Origin: Halocafeteria seosinensis
Lineage: Eukaryota
DNA: 20,000 bases
Assembly: GCA_001687465.1 (NCBI GenBank)
Contig: LVLI01000127.1
Coordinates: forward strand, 50,013-70,012
Direction of reading: 5' to 3'
Numbering within the stretch: position 1 is the first letter of the stretch; the number at the start of each line of letters is the position of its first letter. The translations under genes and the position numbers were made by a program. This document shows positions 11,401-17,400 of the stretch, piece by piece. The notes under the pieces are model-generated. The model had not been told where the DNA came from, did no database searches, and worked only from the letters and a program-made list of their open reading frames with translations.

Positions 11401-14400
11401 TGTCGCCGGAAGTAAAGGATATGGTTGGCTTCGTTCGAGAGAATGCTGTTACTGAGTTGTCCCAGAAGGAGACGGACTTCGAAGAGTGTTTAGCTGATGC
11501 TTCTGCTAGAGCAAACGAAATTGTTGGCGAAACGTTGGCGACAACCTCACAGAAAGGTAAGGAAGGTAAAAAACCGAAGGCAGAGGCAAGCAAAGCGGCA
11601 GGCGGGGCGAAAGGGAAGAAAGAGGCTGCCAAGACTGGTAAAGGCGGTGGTGGGCAATCCAAAAAAACTGAGAAGAGTGGCTCCATCATGGAGGCGTGCT
11701 CATTTGAGCAACCGCTCTTTAGTGTGTACAAGGCTGCCCTTCGTCCACCGCTAGATTGCGTTGCTATACGCCTTACAGGGGAAGCTTACGAAGTACAACC
11801 CAGTATAAGTTTCGCACAGCCGGAAGGCAAGACTTCGACGCCACCGAAAGATCAGAAAAAGCGCAAAGGTAGTGGGAGTGCGCCAGAAGCACCAGCAGAG
11901 CCTCTCTCTGTCGATCTACTAGACTTTGGAAGTATACGTGTGTCTGAGTCCGTAGTGAAATCACTTGCCATAGCGAATAGTGGAAAGTATGACATGAAAG
12001 TACTCGCGGGTATTGGTGGTTCTAGGAACACTTCTAAGCATGCTCGCCAAAATCGCTTGAGCCGGTTGTGCGGCGATGCAAGTGCCGGGCGCCACTTTGA
12101 AATTTCTCCTACGGAGCACCTCTTGCATCCTGGCGAGACTGTCTCCCTTGATGTTTCATTTTCTCCTTCGGACGAGATTCAAATTCATGAGGCAGAAATT
12201 CTTGAACTGTCTTTGGTGGATGCGCTTTCAGGACAAGTCAACGAGGTGAAATGGGTAGGAGTAACAGCGTCTTCTAGCTTCTCGTCGTTCCACTACGCGC
12301 CTTCGAAGAGTCTCAACTTTGGTGCGCTTCACTGCGAAGAGTCAAGCACCCGATCGATTCAGTTGTTTAACGATGGAAAGTTTGAGTTTCGGTATGAACT
12401 TGTGGTGCAAGGATCCGATAGAGATAAAGAACTCCTGAATTTATCTACCGGGCCAACGTGGGTTCTGGATCCGTCTGGTTCCGACCGACCGGCGAGCGCC
12501 AAGCAAGAGAAGACCAAAGGGAAAAAAGGAGGAAGACGTGATTCTGCAGAAGCTGCAGGGGCTTCGTTACAAACTCAAGCCTTTACCCTCACTCCGAAGA
12601 TGGGAACTGTGTCTCCCGGTGAAAATGTAACCGTGCAAACTTCGTTTGACGCCACCGTTTTTCCCGATAACCTATCGAGTGCAAAAGTCCGGTTTCATGT
12701 TTCCGGGGCTCCCAATACGGCAGCCGTGGAAAAGAACTCGTGTATTGGTTTAGTTGCGGAAAGCTGTATCCCTAAGGTTGCAAACGACTGGAATACTGTA
12801 TTTGAAGAGCATATGATCATTGACCACGAAGACGATCTAGAGAAGAGTGATCCGGCGGACCGACCTGCGGCATTCGCTGTAGCCGAGCGGAGGTTTGACA
12901 TGGGGGTCATTTCTTCCTCCTCAGGCATCGCTGCCGAGAGGTTCCGCTTGATGAACCCGTCAAAGGTCTTTGCCGCTGTACAAGTGACCGTTACTTCACT
13001 GACAGAACAGGAGGCGCTAACGGTTCAACGACTTGGGCCATCAGCCCTTGAATCAAAAGGCCTCGATCAGAAAAGCTCCTCGAAGCCAGCGAAGGGTGGG
13101 AAATCAGAGTCGGAGAGTCCAAGGGATTCCGATTTCGCTGTTCGTCCCGACACTGCTGAAATTGCTCCCTATGATTCCAGGTATTTTGACGTCGAGCTTT
13201 CAGCTTCGTCTATCGGGAAGTACTTTGGGATGATTCAAGTCGCTGTTAGCAACGCACCGGAGTCACGTCCGTTCTGGTTCATTGTCTCATGTGACCGGAC
13301 ACTTCCCCAAGTTCACGTTGTCTGTCCTGAAAGCCGGGCATCCAGTGGGAACCTCTTAGTCAAGTATGATAACTTACTTGAAGGCGACAATGCTGATTCT
13401 TCACTGGTCTTGCAAAATCCTGGAAAAGTTCCTTGCTCCGCCCATTTTTCCGCGTCTATTGAATCCGTCCACGTAAATGGGTCTCCTTTGGAGAAGGATA
13501 AATTGAGCGGCATAAGGAACGTGGTCCGTTCTATCTTCACCGTCCCGGATGAAGTGTCCCTGCGTCTCGACGCCGGCGAACGACAGGAAACTGCAATATC
13601 CGCTGCGGTCCCCTCTGATTTTTTCTCAGTTGTTTCAGAAACGTTACATTACGAGAGCCCCGCCAACCGCATCTCGATTATTTGTTTGTGTTCAATGCAT
13701 GTACTGAATAACAAATTCGCTCGAGACACTGTCGAAATTCAGGTGGATGTTACAAGAAACATCGTGCAACTGCTCAATATTCCTCCTGTGCCAGCTTTAT
13801 GGGTTGCGCGGCAAGGAAAGGTACAAAAGGCGGCTACAGAGGAAAGCGCCAAAGCGCCACAAAAGGGGAAAAAGGGTGGTAAGGCGAAAGCACCCTCGAA
13901 AGAAGTTACTGAGGATATCACTGAATCCGCTCCACCCGTTGGACGAGCATTAGTATTAGGTGAGCTGATAGTACCCAAGTGTGAGGACGTCTCTCAAGGA
14001 ATCAAGGTAGGTCAGGAGAATTTGTCATACGACGAAGCAATCTGTGGATATAACAAAGCACATATCACTGTTGCGAATTCTTCGACCCGTCCAATTCGCG
14101 GCCAGTGGAGAGTGAAGGCTCCATTTGCTTTGAGCCCGTCCGTTTTCCATCTCCCTCCAGGAGAACGAGTGCCTGTGGAAGCAACTTTCAACCCGCAAGA
14201 ACTTGGCGAATTTTTAGATTATGATGCTTCCCTCGAATGCTCATTTGTTACTTACCAAGAGAGTGTAATAAAAGAACGTTCTGATAAGTCTCCCAGAGCT
14301 AATGAGCAATCCAGTTCCAAGAGTAAACCTCAGAAAGGGAAGTCGTCTACTTCGCCTCGTCCAACCTCTGATGCACCTAAAGCGACCAGCGTATATGCCG

Positions 14401-17400
14401 ACCTTTCGAAAGAGCAGATTGTCACGTGGAGCAGCAGCGATTGCAATATACGGTATGTGTCGCTTGACAGTGAAGAAGGGAAAGCTGCGTTGGAGTATCC
14501 TGATAGTGGTCAAGATCGATGGCTTGACGTTTCAATTGATCGGAGCAAGATGAGGGCGAAAGTCTGGGAGAGGCAACCTGAACCGGATTGCGCATTTTGC
14601 GACGAAGACGGTGCAGTCCTGGATGCTCCAAGCTTGCACCAATCTCAATTTGATTCCGAGGGCCTTCTACCTGTGAATTATGCTGCTACAAATCGGAGAC
14701 TGAGACTATCTGCGATTGCAGATACTCCCGATTACGAAGTATCGGAAAGGAAACTTCGTTTTGCTCCAACTATGATGTATCGTAGTCGCACTCGCACCAT
14801 TACTGTGGTGAATTGCTCTAGAATATCATCGAAGGTGACATGGAATTGCATGGCGGACTCAGATAATAAGGAGGATGCGGATATCCCCGTACCGTTCTCA
14901 GTTTCTCCGAAAACTCAATTGGTTGAGGCACAGAGAGAGCAGGGGTTCGATGTCGAATTTGCCCCGGTTGAGGTGCATAGTGGACGCTTTAGTGCGTTTT
15001 GTGACATACCTGCATTGCAGCACCGGTATCGGCTTGAGTCTATTCTGAATGGAATAGCACCTGTAGACGATTCGCGGCTCTCAGTTGCACTGGAGGGCGT
15101 TGCACAGAGGCCCATTGTTCATGTTGACCTACCAAAATTGAACTATTTCTCTAGTGGGCGCAGACCCGCTAATTTGCCCCCGCTGGAGGACAACGATGCT
15201 TTGAATCGTCTACTAGGGGGAGCGTTCGATACTCCTCTGTCTCAAAACTTGCATGTAGTGGAGATGACGTCTCTGGGAGTCATGGTGAGAAATCGTGCTG
15301 GGTTCTATGTTGTTAACCCAACCGGCGCGGATAACAAGTTTACTTGGGAAAAGCTAACCGAATTGACCCCAGCAGACGTCAACACAGTCGGCAGTCCCTT
15401 TAAATGCAAGACCAGTGGGGGTGTGATATTGAGTGGTGGAAGGTACGAAATGGCCTTTGAATATAGTCCACGAAGCGCTCATCCGGTAGAGGCCGTTTAC
15501 AGGCTAAGTGTGCCAGCTCATGGTATCTACTTGTACTTTCTGCTCGTGGGTCAGGTGCGAGAGCCATGTATACGGTTTAATCCGCCCAGGATTGGCTTCA
15601 AGAAGCTCCTCGTTGGGTCGTCAGAAACACATCAGGTTGACATAGTTAACGATGAGAAGGTACCGTTCCAGTTTGAATTCGACCAGAGTGATATTTCCGG
15701 TACTATTGAAGAGACGAAGTCACGATCACAGCCTGTGCAGGTCGTGTCACTTGGTGCAACATCCGGAACTGTTGCCCCAGAGTCTAGTTATCGTTTGTCT
15801 GTCACATTTCGACCGCAACTTGAACGCCGGTATAATTTCAACTTAAAGTGTTTTGTACCAAAACGATCAAACCCACTGACACTAAATGTCAAAGGGGAAG
15901 GTTATCAGCTGGTAGAGCGTGTATCAGTGGAGGATGATCCGTTGGCCCAGACCCCCTTCAAGGACGTCTCGCCTAGTATAACGAGTCGAATAAGCTTTGG
16001 AGCCGTCAGGGTGGGTGAACAGGCGTCGAAGCGACTAATGTTTCGCAATAAAGGAATGTTTCCGTTTGAAGTAGATTCTAAGCTTGAATCTCCGTCGAGT
16101 GGGATCGACTCGTCAATCGTTTCCGTGTCGTCTGATTTGGTGAGGGTGCCACCCGGAGACCAGTGTACTGTGGAGGTGATATTCTCTCCTAATAGCCTTT
16201 TGAGATTGGACGACGTGCACCTTCGCTGCGTGGTGGCTGGTACCAAGGTTTATCGCTTTAGTCTGCATGGTGAGAGCACCTATCCGCAGGTGAGGCTGAG
16301 CACCAAGCAGGTACAGTTTGGATCGTGTCCTGTGCCGCCCCCGTCATGTTCTGGCATCTTGCCTGCTTCCAGAAGGGTATATATACGTAATAGCGAGGAG
16401 TATAGCAGTGCGAATGTGGCTCTGGGAACGAATTTGCAAGGAATCGATCACTTGTACACTGAATTCTCTCCGCAAGTTCTTGATCCGGGTGATGAAGCAT
16501 ATTTTGACGTCATTTTCACTCCCCGAGAAATGAAATTTTATCGAGATACGCTCCAAATCATAGTCGACGAAAAGTATCCCATTGATCTCGTTATATCAGG
16601 TGAAGGTGTCCCGATATCGTTAGTCCCGTTACATCAACCAGTTGTTGACTTTGGTGCACCTTCTAGGATGACTCGTTCGGAGCGTAAACTCGAGGTCGCC
16701 AATCAGTCGAAAGTTCGATTGCCCATTCTGTTTTGCGAGTCTTCTGATGATCCAGGCCGTCTGCTGGAAGGAACTGTTTTTGCAGAATCAAACGCATATG
16801 GCGTCCGTATGTCCCCACCTGCTGCTTCTCCATCTTCGAACCAGAAAGTTGCACTCTCCCTGTACTTTAACCCTCAACAACGATTTGACCTGAAAAGCTT
16901 CCGGTTCGGGTACAGAATACACGGATTAGACGAAGTTCGAGATGCCAGCAACGGCTCAGTTGTTGCGCACGAATTGCCAGCCCTGCCATCTCTGTCCGAA
17001 GATACCATTCAACATGGTCTGAGTGAATGGATGGATTGTTTCAGTGTCCGCGCCGGATGCCACGATGTAGACGTCACCCTTGACACTGATACTTTACATT
17101 TTGCGGGTGTTTGTGTTGGATCCCAGTCAACGAAGCAACTAAGACTCGCTAATACGGGGGATATTGGCATCAATTTCGAATGGGATACCGACCGCGTTCG
17201 TGAGTTTACAATAGCCCCCAACAAAGGGTTCGTGTCGGCACACTCTGATCAGGTGTTTGATGTGACATTTGCACCCTCACGTGTTTCCCAGGATATAAGG
17301 TACCCGTCCGTAACATGCAAGATCGACCAAGGGACTCCCCTCCGTGTAGCACTCGTGGGAGAATGTGTGTCGAGGCCAAGCGAATCTGTAGACAAGATTG